Source: an uncultured Corynebacterium sp.
GTDB lineage: Bacteria > Actinomycetota > Actinomycetes > Mycobacteriales > Mycobacteriaceae
Assembly: GCA_943913645.1 (NCBI GenBank)
Contig: CALTYZ010000003.1
Span: 37,825-101,824 of the forward strand
Direction: 5' to 3'
DNA: 64,000 nt
The notes under the pieces were generated by a model. That model was not told the DNA's origin. It saw nothing but the letters and a program-made list of their open reading frames with translations, and did not search any database. Both the position numbers and the translations under genes were made by a program. Positions 47,547-58,092 of this stretch are shown in pieces; position 1 is the first letter of the stretch, and each line of letters starts with the position of its first letter.

Positions 47547-48770
47547 GTGGCCGTGAAGAACCTCTCGCTTGCGACGCTGTTTTCGGCGTTGGCCGGATTC
47601 GTCCTCATGTGGGTGGCCGGGTGGGCTCTTGATGTGGAGACGGAGTACCGCTACTTCACTGCGTATTGGGGCTTGTTCTTCGCCGCAACGGGAGTGATTG
47701 ACGGTATTACCCACGAGACCACCCGCGCGGTTGCCTCTGCACGCGAAACTGGGGCGCGTGGCACAGCAAGCCCGTGGCGATTTGGTGCTGTGGTAGCTAC
47801 CGCGATTGTGTTTGTGGTGATCGGGGTTGGGTTTTGGGTCATGGTCAAACTCGTCCCCATGTCACCCGCGCCAGCCACCAGCCTATTGGTGTTTGGCCTG
47901 ATCAGTTACGTCTTTCAAGCCGCCCTGTCAGGGATTCTCAGCGGCGCACAACTGTGGAATCAGTACGCCGGGTTGGTTGCGCTGGACTCTGGTGTGCGTT
48001 TGGGGTTGGCGTTGCTTGCTTGGGTGCTTGGGTGGGGGTTGTCTGCGTTCTTGTTGATCACGGTCGCAGGGGCGGCAAGTTGGCTTGCCATTTTAGGCAC
48101 ATCGCGGGAGGCGCGGGAGAAGATCCGGGTCGCGCTTGACGTAAACCGGGAAGCGTTTACCCGACGGGTGTGTTCAGCAATGGTGGCATCTGGCGCCTCC
48201 GCGGCACTGATCACTGGGTTTCCTACCGCTGTGTCTGCGGCTTTCCCAGATGGGGACGCACAGCTTTCTGTCATCATCAGCGCAATTAACAACGCGGTGA
48301 TGCTCACCCGCGCCCCGGTGTTGGTGCCATTGCAGCGGTTTCAGTCGGCGTTGGTGGTGCGGTTCGTGGAACAGCGAAAGCGCATCTACCAGGCGCTGCT
48401 TGGTCCTGTGGTGGGCGTGATGGGCTTAGGGGTGATCGGTTTTGTCGCGGCGTGGGTCTTCGGGCCGTTGATTTTGCGGCTTGCCTTCAAGCCGGAATTA
48501 TTCGTCGGCGGACTCATCTTGGGGCTTTTGACTTTTGCTTCGGCCTTCATGGGCACGCTCATGATCACCGGCGTGGCGGTGCTCGCGCTCGACCAACATC
48601 GGTGGTACGTGGCTGGCTGGGTCACCGCATCCGTAGTGGCGTTCGCACTGCTTTTCTTCGGCCCCTGGGGAGTGGTGCGCTCGGTGGTTCTAGCGTTGTT
48701 CGCAGGCCCCTTGGCGGGGGCGATCGTGCACGTCATCGGGCTGTCGCGGGCAAAAGCAGGGGCAGCATAA
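47547..48770 (+). CDS. polytopic membrane protein, putative polysaccharide/lipid-linked oligosaccharide flippase (MOP/Wzx-like)
   Basis: 407 aa, ~12 hydrophobic helices, hydrophilic loop around REAREKIRVALDVNREAF mid-protein; sits upstream of rml and GT2 genes. Family assignment by topology only. Confidence 0.4.
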   Translation: MAVKNLSLATLFSALAGFVLMWVAGWALDVETEYRYFTAYWGLFFAATGVIDGITHETTRAVASARETGARGTASPWRFGAVVATAIVFVVIGVGFWVMVKLVPMSPAPATSLLVFGLISYVFQAALSGILSGAQLWNQYAGLVALDSGVRLGLALLAWVLGWGLSAFLLITVAGAASWLAILGTSREAREKIRVALDVNREAFTRRVCSAMVASGASAALITGFPTAVSAAFPDGDAQLSVIISAINNAVMLTRAPVLVPLQRFQSALVVRFVEQRKRIYQALLGPVVGVMGLGVIGFVAAWVFGPLILRLAFKPELFVGGLILGLLTFASAFMGTLMITGVAVLALDQHRWYVAGWVTASVVAFALLFFGPWGVVRSVVLALFAGPLAGAIVHVIGLSRAKAGAA

Positions 48771-48832
48771 CACTCAGCTTCCCACATGCATAACACATGT
48801 GGGATGTAGGTGTTATGTTGAGTGTTATGTTG
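48766..48832. promoter_or_regulatory. iteron-like cluster of four ATAACAC/GTGTTAT motifs with nested inverted repeats at the 5' end of the AlbA_2 ATPase gene
   Basis: Sequence cagcATAACACtcagcttCCCACATGcATAACACATGTGGGatgtagGTGTTATgttgaGTGTTATgttg. Two direct and two inverted copies of a 7-mer are present. There is a 9-bp perfect hairpin (TCCCACATG/CATGTGGGA). Outer 10-bp inverted repeat is ATAACACTCA/TGAGTGTTAT. Tandem 11-mer GTGTTATGTTG occurs twice. Coordinates +/-1. Confidence 0.35.
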
Positions 48833-50260
48833 CCGGATGAGTTAAAACTGTTGATCGATCAATTGCGGATCGTCGGAGCTGAGCAGCAGCGCGTCGAGGC
48901 AAAAACCGGGGTCGGCAAATCCGTGCTCGAAACACTTAGTGCGTTTTCTAACCAGGGCGGAGGGGTCATCCTCGTAGGCATCAGCGAGGAAAACGGATTC
49001 ACGCCCATTCCCGGTTTCGATGCCCACGCAGCGCGTGACGCGCTCGTCTCGCGCTGCGATCAGCTGACCCCAGCAGTGCGGCCAGACATGGAAGTAGTCA
49101 GCTTCGAGGGCCAATCAGTCCTCGTGGCCCAGGTCGAGGAACTAGAGAACCTGGAAAAACCGTGTTACATCACCGCGCGTGGCCAGTACAACGGAAGTTA
49201 CGCCCGTACTGGCGACAGTGATGTGAAGTTGACTCGCTACGAAGTCGACCGCCTGATTGAGCAGCGAACTCAGCCACGATGGGATCTAGAACCGATCCAA
49301 GACGCATCTGAAAGCGACTTGGATAGCGGCGTTCTTAACGCGTATCTCGATGAGCAACGAGCACGGCGACCCAAAACGTTTGAAGATGACCTCTCGGCCG
49401 CTCTGACCCGCTTGCGGATTCTGCGAGACGGCAGCCCGACACTCGCCGCCATCCTAGCGATGGGCGACTACCCCCAACAGTTCTTCCCCCGGTTGACAGT
49501 CACATTCGCGCTGTATCCAGGGACAGGAAAGGGAGATGTGATCCAGGGGGTGCGTCTGCTGGACAGTCAACGCTTGAATGGCGCCATTCCGGAGCTCGTC
49601 GAAACGGGTGTTCGGCTCGTAGAAAATAACATGCGCACAGCTGGTCTTATTGACGACGTATTCCGGCGCGATCTACCCGACTATCCCCGGGTCGCTGTGC
49701 GTGAGGCGTTGGTTAACGCACTGATGCACCGAGATTACTCACCGGCGGCGCTCGGCACCTCTGTCCAGATTGACATGTTCGTAGACCGATTGGTGATCAC
49801 CAACCCGGGCGGGCTCTACGGAGGTGTAACTACGCAGAACCTCGGCGACCCCGGTGCAAGCTCCACCCGCAACCAGCAACTGGCAACCTTCCTTGAAGAT
49901 CTGCGGTATCCCACCGGTGGCCCAGTAGCAGAAAACCGAGGCACTGGCATCGCAGTCATGAATCGGGCAGCCACGGAGGCGCTTATGCCACCGCCCGAGT
50001 TTACGAACAGCCTCACCCACTTCTCCGTGACATTCTGGAAACGTAAGGTTGCAGTCACCGAGAAACACGAAACGGCCTACCAAAAGGTCGCGCGGCTCGT
50101 GGAGGAAAAAGCCTCTTGGTCGACGACCGAGCTTGTCCGCGCAACAGATCTGAGCCGCACTGCCGTGCAACGTGCATTGAACCAACTCGTCGCCGATAGG
50201 ATCGTGGAGAAAACCGAACCCGATAGGAGCCCCAAGCAGCGTTACCGGCTACGCAAATAG
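48797..50260 (+). CDS. AlbA_2 (Schlafen-like divergent AAA) domain ATP-binding protein with C-terminal HATPase_c_4-like and wHTH regions
   Basis: 487 aa. The N-terminus has LLIDQLRIVGAEQQRVEAKTGVGKSVLETLSAFSNQGGGVILVGISEENG, typical of the AlbA_2/putative DNA-binding domain. A mid region has the HATPase_c_4-like REALVNALMHRDY. The C-terminus is basic and HTH-like (ELVRATDLSRTAVQRALNQLV). True start probably ATG near 48827 (MLPDELK...). Confidence 0.5.
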   Translation: MWDVGVMLSVMLPDELKLLIDQLRIVGAEQQRVEAKTGVGKSVLETLSAFSNQGGGVILVGISEENGFTPIPGFDAHAARDALVSRCDQLTPAVRPDMEVVSFEGQSVLVAQVEELENLEKPCYITARGQYNGSYARTGDSDVKLTRYEVDRLIEQRTQPRWDLEPIQDASESDLDSGVLNAYLDEQRARRPKTFEDDLSAALTRLRILRDGSPTLAAILAMGDYPQQFFPRLTVTFALYPGTGKGDVIQGVRLLDSQRLNGAIPELVETGVRLVENNMRTAGLIDDVFRRDLPDYPRVAVREALVNALMHRDYSPAALGTSVQIDMFVDRLVITNPGGLYGGVTTQNLGDPGASSTRNQQLATFLEDLRYPTGGPVAENRGTGIAVMNRAATEALMPPPEFTNSLTHFSVTFWKRKVAVTEKHETAYQKVARLVEEKASWSTTELVRATDLSRTAVQRALNQLVADRIVEKTEPDRSPKQRYRLRK

Positions 50261-51295
<1,035 letters not shown>

Positions 51296-51322
51296 CTAGC
51301 GCCCGCAGATACCCTGGAACGC

Positions 51323-52651
51323 ATGCGCGAGACCCCTATTGATGGCCTCATCGTCTACGACTTGAGCCTGCACGAGGACAACCGTGGCTGGTTCAAGGAA
51401 AATTGGGCGGGCCAGCATCTGACACCGAAGCAAAATAACGTCAGCCTCAATACGCACGCCGGCACGACCCGCGGGATGCACGCGGAGCCGTGGGATAAGT
51501 GGGTTTCGGTAGCAACCGGCAAGGTCTACGGCGCGTGGGTGGATATGCGCGCAGGCTCTCCCACCTTTGGCGCGACTTTCGGCGTTGAAATCACCCCCGC
51601 CACCGCGGTGTTCGTGCCGCGCGGGGTGGCTAACGGCTTTCAAACGCTGGAGGACAACACCGCCTACATCTACTTGGTGAACCAGCGCTACAACCCGAAT
51701 GGCACCTACGCGTTTTGCTCCTACAAGGAAATTGAATGGCCGCTTGCCCCAACGCAGCTTTCCAGTGCCGACAAGAAGCACCCGATGCTTGTCGACGCAA
51801 CCCCCGTCGCCCCGCGCAAAATCCTTGTCACGGGGGCACACGGCCAGCTCGGGCGCGCGCTGCAGCAGGTGTGGGACGAACATGAGGCAGATTTTTTCGG
51901 CCACGAGGAGTTCGATATCACCAACATCCCAAAGCTGGATTTCTCGCAGTACTGGGCGATTGTGAACTGCGCCGCCTATAACGACGTCAACGGTGCCACA
52001 ACCAATCGGGCTACCGCGTGGGCCACGAACGCGACGGCCCCGGCTGATCTTGCCGCCATTGCCAACGAGCACGACCTGACTTTGGTGCATGTCTCCTCCG
52101 ACTATATTTTCGACGGCACTCGTCAGCTGCACTCTGAGGATGAGCCTCCCAGCCCGCTGAGTGCTTACGGTGCTTCAAAGGCGGCAGGTGATACGGCGGC
52201 GCAGGTGGCTCACAAGCACTATGTGGTGCGCACTGCCTGGGTGTTCGGGGATGGCTCGAATTTCATGGAGACCATGGCGCGCCTTGCGGAAAAGGGTGTG
52301 CAGCCACACGTGGTCAGTGACCAGCGGGGACGGCCAACCTGGGCTGAGGACCTGGCCAAGGGCATTGCTCACCTGCTGGCAACCGGCGCTGCGTACGGCG
52401 TGTACAACCTCACCTCCGAAGGGGACCCGGTTGGTCGCAATGAGATCGCGATGGCGGTCTATATCGGGATGGGGAAAGATCCCTCCGACGTGCACCCTGT
52501 GACTTCTGCGCAGTACGCCGAACTGGTTGGGCCTGAAGCACCGCGGCCGGCGGAATCTACGTTAGACCTGGCGAAAATCACCGCCGCCGGCTTCACTCCT
52601 ACCAACTGGCGAGCTGCTTTGGCGTTCTACCTCGACGGGCGCGCGAGGTAG
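51323..52651 (+). CDS. rmlC: bifunctional dTDP-4-dehydrorhamnose 3,5-epimerase / dTDP-4-dehydrorhamnose reductase (RmlC-RmlD fusion)
   Basis: The N-terminal ~180 aa form the RmlC cupin (LSLHEDNRGWFKENW). The C-terminal ~260 aa are RmlD (KILVTGAHGQLGRAL Rossmann, YGASKAAGD YxxxK). Confidence 0.8.
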   Translation: MRETPIDGLIVYDLSLHEDNRGWFKENWAGQHLTPKQNNVSLNTHAGTTRGMHAEPWDKWVSVATGKVYGAWVDMRAGSPTFGATFGVEITPATAVFVPRGVANGFQTLEDNTAYIYLVNQRYNPNGTYAFCSYKEIEWPLAPTQLSSADKKHPMLVDATPVAPRKILVTGAHGQLGRALQQVWDEHEADFFGHEEFDITNIPKLDFSQYWAIVNCAAYNDVNGATTNRATAWATNATAPADLAAIANEHDLTLVHVSSDYIFDGTRQLHSEDEPPSPLSAYGASKAAGDTAAQVAHKHYVVRTAWVFGDGSNFMETMARLAEKGVQPHVVSDQRGRPTWAEDLAKGIAHLLATGAAYGVYNLTSEGDPVGRNEIAMAVYIGMGKDPSDVHPVTSAQYAELVGPEAPRPAESTLDLAKITAAGFTPTNWRAALAFYLDGRAR

Positions 52652-52667
52652 CTACACTGACTGACTC

Positions 52668-53534
52668 ATGAAGGGCATCATCCTCGCAGGCGGTTCGGGT
52701 ACCCGGCTGTATCCGATTACCAAGGGCATCTCGAAGCAGCTGATGCCGATTTATGACAAGCCGATGGTGTTCTACCCGCTGACTACCCTGATGAGTGCGG
52801 GCATCCGCGAGATTCTTGTGATTACCACGCCTGAAGATAGGCCCGCCTTTGAGCGTTTGCTTGGCGACGGCGCACCCTTGGGCATTTCCATCGAGTACGC
52901 CACCCAACCCTCTCCGGACGGGTTAGCGCAGGCGTTTTTGATTGGTGAGCAGTTCATCGGCTCTGATTCGGTTGCTTTGGTGCTGGGCGACAACATCTTT
53001 GACGGCACTGAACTGACCCGCCTGCTCGGCGAAACCCAGGGGGAGACAACAGGCGGCACGATCTTCGCCTATGAGGTCTCTGACCCGCAGCGCTACGGTG
53101 TGGTGGAGTTCGACCACACCGGCACCGCACTGTCCATTGAGGAAAAACCAGCCCAGCCGAAGTCGAACTTCGCGGTTGTCGGCCTGTATTTCTATGACAA
53201 CCAGGTGGTCGATATTGCCAAAGGCATCGCTCCGAGTGATCGCGGTGAGCTGGAGATCACCTCGGTCAATGACGCGTATCTGCGCCAGGGCCGGCTGAAA
53301 GTACACCGCTTGCGCCGCGGGGATGTGTGGCTAGATACCGGCACAATTGACTCAATGAGTGAGGCAAGCTCCTACGTTGAGGTGATCCAAAAGCGCACCG
53401 GTACGATCATTGGCTCGCCTGAGGTGGCGGCGTTTCGGCAGGGTTTCATTGACGCTGAGGCGCTCGAGCGGCTGGCGGAGCCGATGATGAAGTCCGGCTA
53501 CGGGCGCTACCTTGTTGATGCTGCGCGAGACTAA
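52668..53534 (+). CDS. rmlA: glucose-1-phosphate thymidylyltransferase
   Basis: [33 protein letters not shown] signature N-terminus; 288 aa. Confidence 0.85.
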   Translation: MKGIILAGGSGTRLYPITKGISKQLMPIYDKPMVFYPLTTLMSAGIREILVITTPEDRPAFERLLGDGAPLGISIEYATQPSPDGLAQAFLIGEQFIGSDSVALVLGDNIFDGTELTRLLGETQGETTGGTIFAYEVSDPQRYGVVEFDHTGTALSIEEKPAQPKSNFAVVGLYFYDNQVVDIAKGIAPSDRGELEITSVNDAYLRQGRLKVHRLRRGDVWLDTGTIDSMSEASSYVEVIQKRTGTIIGSPEVAAFRQGFIDAEALERLAEPMMKSGYGRYLVDAARD

Positions 53535-53546
53535 CCAGGGAGAATC

Positions 53547-54356
53547 ATGAGCACTATCGCTGTTTTGATGAGCGTGTACCGCGGCACCGACCCGGTTGAA
53601 CTCACAGTCGCGCTTGACTCGTTGGACGCACAGACTCGGCCAGCCGATGACGTCTTGGTGGTGATGGATGGGCCGGTGCCGCAGCGTGTTGCGGATGTGG
53701 TTGCAAGCTACGTCGATACGCACGAGCATGCCCGGGTGCTCAAGCTGGAGGAAAATGTCGGTCTTGGGCGCGCCTGCAACGCTGGCTTGGAGACGATCAC
53801 GACCACCTATGTTGCCCGCCTGGACTCGGACGACGCGGCAAAACCACAGCGCTTTGCGGAGCAGCTGGCCTATTTGGAGGCCCACCCGCATGTGGCGGCA
53901 TTGGGCACTGCGGTGGAGGAGTTTGAGCACACGCCAGGCGACGGGGGCCGAATCCGTGCACTCCCGGAGGATCCGAACCGGTACGTGAAGATAAATTCAC
54001 CGCTCAACCACCCTTCGGTGATGTTTCGCACTGCGGCGGTCAAAGCCGTTGGCGGGTATCAGCACGTGCAGTTCATGGAGGATTATGACTTGTGGGCCCG
54101 ACTCATTGCGGCTGGGCACACCCTGGCAAATTTGTCTGCGCCGCTGACGTATTTCCGGGTGAGCGACGATCAGCTACGTCGGCGCTCGAGTGCACAGACC
54201 CGCCAGGCGGAGCGGGTCATGCAGCGCAATTTGGTCGCCTACGGTTTGGTCTCGCGACCGCGCGCAGTGTTGAACCTGGCCGCACGCAACGCTTATCGCG
54301 CGCTGCCAATGGGGTTGACGAAGCGCGTTTACTCGCGCCTTTTCCATCGCGGATAA
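53547..54356 (+). CDS. family 2 glycosyltransferase
   Basis: 269 aa; GT-A fold N-terminus IAVLMSVYRG..., DxD motif ARLDSDDAA; 12 nt after rmlA. Confidence 0.65.
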   Translation: MSTIAVLMSVYRGTDPVELTVALDSLDAQTRPADDVLVVMDGPVPQRVADVVASYVDTHEHARVLKLEENVGLGRACNAGLETITTTYVARLDSDDAAKPQRFAEQLAYLEAHPHVAALGTAVEEFEHTPGDGGRIRALPEDPNRYVKINSPLNHPSVMFRTAAVKAVGGYQHVQFMEDYDLWARLIAAGHTLANLSAPLTYFRVSDDQLRRRSSAQTRQAERVMQRNLVAYGLVSRPRAVLNLAARNAYRALPMGLTKRVYSRLFHRG

Positions 54357-54381
54357 ACGCACGGGGGTAACGTAGTTCCAG

Positions 54382-55089
54382 ATGGACGCGACGCGGGCTA
54401 ATCCGAACTTCAGTGACACCTGGCTGATCATTCCTTGCTACAACGAGGGCCAGGTGATTCATGATGTCATCACTCACGCGCTGGCTACTTTCCCGAACAT
54501 TGTGGCGGTCAACGACGGCTCGGCGGATAATTCCGCTGAGGCGATCCGCAGTTCCGGCGCCCACCTGGTCAACCACCCGGTCAACTTAGGCCAGGGGGCG
54601 GCAATTCAAACCGGTGTGGAGTATGCCCGTGCCCAACCTGGCGCGCGCTACTTCGCCACCTTCGACGCCGACGGCCAACACCAGGTCAAAGATGTGGTGG
54701 CAATGGTGCAGCGGTTGCGTCACGAGCCCGTCGATATCATCGTGGGCACGCGTTTTGCTGGCCAGGAGAATTCGCAGGTGCCATGGATTAAGCGGGTGGT
54801 GCTCAAGACGGTGGTGCTGCTGTCTCCGCGCACCCGGCGCCTGGGGCTTTCTGATGCGCACAACGGGCTGCGCGTGTTCAACAAAAAAGTAGCCGATGAG
54901 ATGGATATCCGTATGAATGGCATGTCCCACGCGTCTGAGATTGTGACCATGATTGACCAGAAGGAGTGGCGGGTTGCGGAGCAGCCCGTGGATATCCTTT
55001 ACACCGATTACTCAATGAGCAAGGGGCAATCCCTGATCAACGGGGTGAACATCCTGGCTGACGGTTTTGTGGCCCGCAGGCTGAAGTGA
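54382..55089 (+). CDS. family 2 glycosyltransferase, polyprenyl-phosphate sugar transferase type (GtrB/DPM1-like)
   Basis: 235 aa; WLIIPCYNEGQVIHDVI N-terminus; DxD FDADGQH; no C-terminal TM as in short GtrB-like enzymes that pair with a small membrane partner. Confidence 0.6.
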   Translation: MDATRANPNFSDTWLIIPCYNEGQVIHDVITHALATFPNIVAVNDGSADNSAEAIRSSGAHLVNHPVNLGQGAAIQTGVEYARAQPGARYFATFDADGQHQVKDVVAMVQRLRHEPVDIIVGTRFAGQENSQVPWIKRVVLKTVVLLSPRTRRLGLSDAHNGLRVFNKKVADEMDIRMNGMSHASEIVTMIDQKEWRVAEQPVDILYTDYSMSKGQSLINGVNILADGFVARRLK

Positions 55090-55105
55090 CCCGAGGGAGA
55101 CGTAA

Positions 55106-55444
55106 GTGATTCAGCTCGTCCTGATCATCGCCACGATAGCGCTGGCGCTGTACTTCTTTGTCAACCGCAAAAAGGCTAACGCGAAAGCGTGGGTCAAGAT
55201 TGGTTTTGTGGTGCTCATCGTCGCGGCGTTGTGGGCGATTTTACGACCTGATGACGTCACAGTGGTGGCCAATTGGCTCGGCGTTGACCGCGGCACGGAT
55301 TTGATGCTGTACGTGCTCATCGTCGCGTTCTTCTTTACCACTGTTTCCACCTGGACGCGCTTTCGCGAACAGGAGCTACGCTACGCGCGTCTTGCTCGTG
55401 CGGTGGCAATCCAGAACGCGGAGGCCCCCACCCACCGTGGCTAG
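55106..55444 (+). CDS. small membrane protein, DUF2304-like partner of the preceding GT2
   Basis: 112 aa, three hydrophobic helices; GTG start with GGGAGA Shine-Dalgarno; gene pairing GT2+small membrane protein is characteristic. Confidence 0.45.
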   Translation: MIQLVLIIATIALALYFFVNRKKANAKAWVKIGFVVLIVAALWAILRPDDVTVVANWLGVDRGTDLMLYVLIVAFFFTTVSTWTRFREQELRYARLARAVAIQNAEAPTHRG

Positions 55445-56277
55445 GAGTTGGCGATCACAGTGGCCACGTGTTCGTGGCCACGCTGGTTGACGTGGATGGG
55501 CAGGTTGCCGGGCCCGCCGTAGAAATCCACCAGGCCGGCCCACATCCGCGCATGATCCGGCGCGCACATGCTGTTGTGCCATGTCGACGGTTTCAGGTCG
55601 AGGAATTCTGTGCCGGTGGCGCGAGCGAGGTCAACCTGGCCCCACTGGGCGGTGTCTTCCCACTCCTGCACTGCAGCAAACGGGGTGGTGTCTGAGATGT
55701 TCGGGGCGATATGGAACAGGCACACATTGCCATTGGCGGTGATCTTCGGGTAGCCCACGATTTGAATGCGCGCGTTCGGGGCGGCGGCTTTGATCCGGTT
55801 GATGTGCGGCACCATCGCGGCAACGAAGTCGCGGCGGAATGCAGCTCGGTCGCGGCCGTCTGGGTGGTAGGTGTCGTTGAATCCGGTGGAGATGATCACA
55901 CGGGCGGTGTGAGGGTTGAGTCCACCGTCATTGACCGCACGGGTGACCTGGGAGGCGAATTGGGGGCCTTTTTGGATTGATACGGTGCCTGTGCAGGAGT
56001 AGTCCCAGGCAGGCAAGCCCAGTTTGCCGGCGGCGCGTTTACCCCAGTTTGTCGGCGAGGTTGGGCACCAGGTGGCTATGTTTGATGAGCCGCGCGCGTC
56101 TAGCCCGAGTTTGCCGGCCGCCCATTGTGGGGCGTTGGGGTCTGAGACAACCGAGTCGCCGAGGATGACCATGTTTCGCTGCTGTGCTTGTGCGGTGGGT
56201 GCAGCAACCAGTGCGAGAGCTGTCATACATGTGGCGAAGATTGCAGTCAGTTGACTGCGAGTTACAAAAGCGCGCAT
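55441..56277 (-). CDS. secreted SGNH/GDSL-family hydrolase (esterase/lipase-like)
   Basis: Signal peptide (TAIFATCMTALALVAAPTAQA), GDS block MVILGDSVVS, four Cys; 278 aa. Confidence 0.5.
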   Translation of the reverse strand: MRAFVTRSQLTAIFATCMTALALVAAPTAQAQQRNMVILGDSVVSDPNAPQWAAGKLGLDARGSSNIATWCPTSPTNWGKRAAGKLGLPAWDYSCTGTVSIQKGPQFASQVTRAVNDGGLNPHTARVIISTGFNDTYHPDGRDRAAFRRDFVAAMVPHINRIKAAAPNARIQIVGYPKITANGNVCLFHIAPNISDTTPFAAVQEWEDTAQWGQVDLARATGTEFLDLKPSTWHNSMCAPDHARMWAGLVDFYGGPGNLPIHVNQRGHEHVATVIANS

Positions 56278-56437
56278 AATATTCCTTTTGTATACTAAAC
56301 TTTTACATAATGGATTTCTTATTGATTTAGTTTGGTCGACTGAAGTGCTCAGCTTCGGCGGCAGTACAAACCATCACACACGAAACATACGTGACGTAGG
56401 TCCCTTACGTTACATGTAGACGAGAGTAGGTTCCATC

Positions 56438-58084
56438 ATGCGCCCCACACATAACCCAATCTTTCTCGGTAAATCATTCATCCGTTTTGCCCGCGCCATC
56501 AACCGCGCCGGCATCTTGAACTCTGAGGGCAACCTGCGCGCTGCCCTCATAGGGGTACCAAACCTGGCGCGCTACCGGTTCACCCCCGCTCGCGCGATTG
56601 AACAAGGCGCGGCGATAGCACCCGACCACACCGCACTTATCGACGACAACGGCACCATGTCCTACCACCAGCTTCGCCAACAATCCCGCAGGCTGGCGAA
56701 ATGGCTGCTTGCCGTCCAACAAGATCGCGGGCTCGACGCATTGCGCATTGGTGTCATGGCACGCAACAGCCGCGGCATCATCCTCCCCCTCGGTACGAAG
56801 GGCTACACCGGTGGTCATATTTTCCTGCTCAACATCGGCTCATCCCCCGAGCAGCTCGACGGCACCTTTCAAGAAAACGACATCAACATCTTGTTCATTG
56901 ATGACGAATTCGCTGACCGCCTTCCTGACAACCTGGAAGGCATCACCGTGGTTCGCGCTTTTACAGACGAGCAACGAGAAGGGTTATCGATTGCAGACAT
57001 CGTGAGCCAGCCGGACGTCGATACGCAACTGCCCCTTTTCCCGAAACACGGCAACTTCGTGCTGATGTCATCTGGTACCACCGGCATCCCGAAGGGCATC
57101 ATCCGCTCAGAACCCCGAATACCACTCGTGACCGCTGGCTACCTCGAAGCAATCCCGTGGCGCGCCGGGGACGTAGTACAACTCTCCGCCTCAATTTTTC
57201 ACACCTGGGGCTGGTCCGCGCTGCAGATGGCACTGGCAACACGCAGCACCATTATCACCAGCCGCGTCTTCGACCCGAAGGTGTGCTACCAGCAAATCCA
57301 GGAGTATCGATGCGACGGGCTCATCTCATCGCCAATCTTTTTCAAGCAAATGCTTGACCTTGACAACAACGAAGAATTTGATACCTCGAGCCTGCGCTAC
57401 CTCGCCACAGCCGGCAATGTGGTCACTCCCCCACTTTTGCGCCGCACCACTGAGCGCTTCGGCCCAATCCTGGCCAACATCTACGGCTCAACCGAACTCG
57501 CTCTCGCGGCAGCGGCATCACCCGAACAGATGCAGGCCGACCCGACCAGCGTCGGACGCGTCGTCCCGGGCACCATCCTGCGCATCTATAACGACGATGA
57601 TCAACCGGTACCCGCCGGTGAATCCGGCCGCATCTTCCTCTACAACGAGTCAGCGCTGAAAGGCTACACCAACCCGAACACTCCGATGGTCACTATCGAC
57701 GGGCTCATTGACATCGGTGACCGTGGCTACCTCGACGAAGACGGGTTCTTACATGTCCAGTCCCGCAGCGATGACATGATCATCGTCGGCGGTGAAAACG
57801 TTCACCCACAGTCCGTCACTGAGGTACTTGAAGACATGCCTGGCATCCACGACCTATTCGCCTACGGCGTCGACGACACCGACACCTTCAAACGCATCGC
57901 CGTGTGGATCGTGCGCAACAAGGGCGTAGACGGGCAGAGCCTGACCGCCAGCGCGATCCGGGATTGGGTGCGCGAACGCCTTGCTGACCACTCCATCCCC
58001 CGCGACGTCCACTTCATCGAAGAACTGCCGCGCAATGCGGTAGGTAAGGTAGTGCCGAGGCTGCTGCCGGGCGTAAGGGTCTAG
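56438..58084 (+). CDS. AMP-dependent synthetase/ligase (acyl-CoA synthetase family)
   Basis: 548 aa; AMP-binding motif VLMSSGTTGIPKGI; downstream YGSTE and C-terminal GxxGRxD-like region (IGDRGYLDEDG); AT-rich promoter upstream. Confidence 0.7.
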   Translation: MRPTHNPIFLGKSFIRFARAINRAGILNSEGNLRAALIGVPNLARYRFTPARAIEQGAAIAPDHTALIDDNGTMSYHQLRQQSRRLAKWLLAVQQDRGLDALRIGVMARNSRGIILPLGTKGYTGGHIFLLNIGSSPEQLDGTFQENDINILFIDDEFADRLPDNLEGITVVRAFTDEQREGLSIADIVSQPDVDTQLPLFPKHGNFVLMSSGTTGIPKGIIRSEPRIPLVTAGYLEAIPWRAGDVVQLSASIFHTWGWSALQMALATRSTIITSRVFDPKVCYQQIQEYRCDGLISSPIFFKQMLDLDNNEEFDTSSLRYLATAGNVVTPPLLRRTTERFGPILANIYGSTELALAAAASPEQMQADPTSVGRVVPGTILRIYNDDDQPVPAGESGRIFLYNESALKGYTNPNTPMVTIDGLIDIGDRGYLDEDGFLHVQSRSDDMIIVGGENVHPQSVTEVLEDMPGIHDLFAYGVDDTDTFKRIAVWIVRNKGVDGQSLTASAIRDWVRERLADHSIPRDVHFIEELPRNAVGKVVPRLLPGVRV

Positions 58085-58092
58085 CCCACCCC

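Noticed and set aside
51296-52132. 278-aa minus-strand ORF overlapping rmlCD
   Set aside because: Antisense to a gene with strong RmlC/RmlD motifs; composition artefact.
56290-56437. Imperfect palindromic stretch acatacgtgacgtaggtcccttacgttacatgt upstream of the acyl-CoA ligase
   Set aside because: Arms do not align as a clean inverted repeat when checked base by base; possibly an operator but too degenerate to call.
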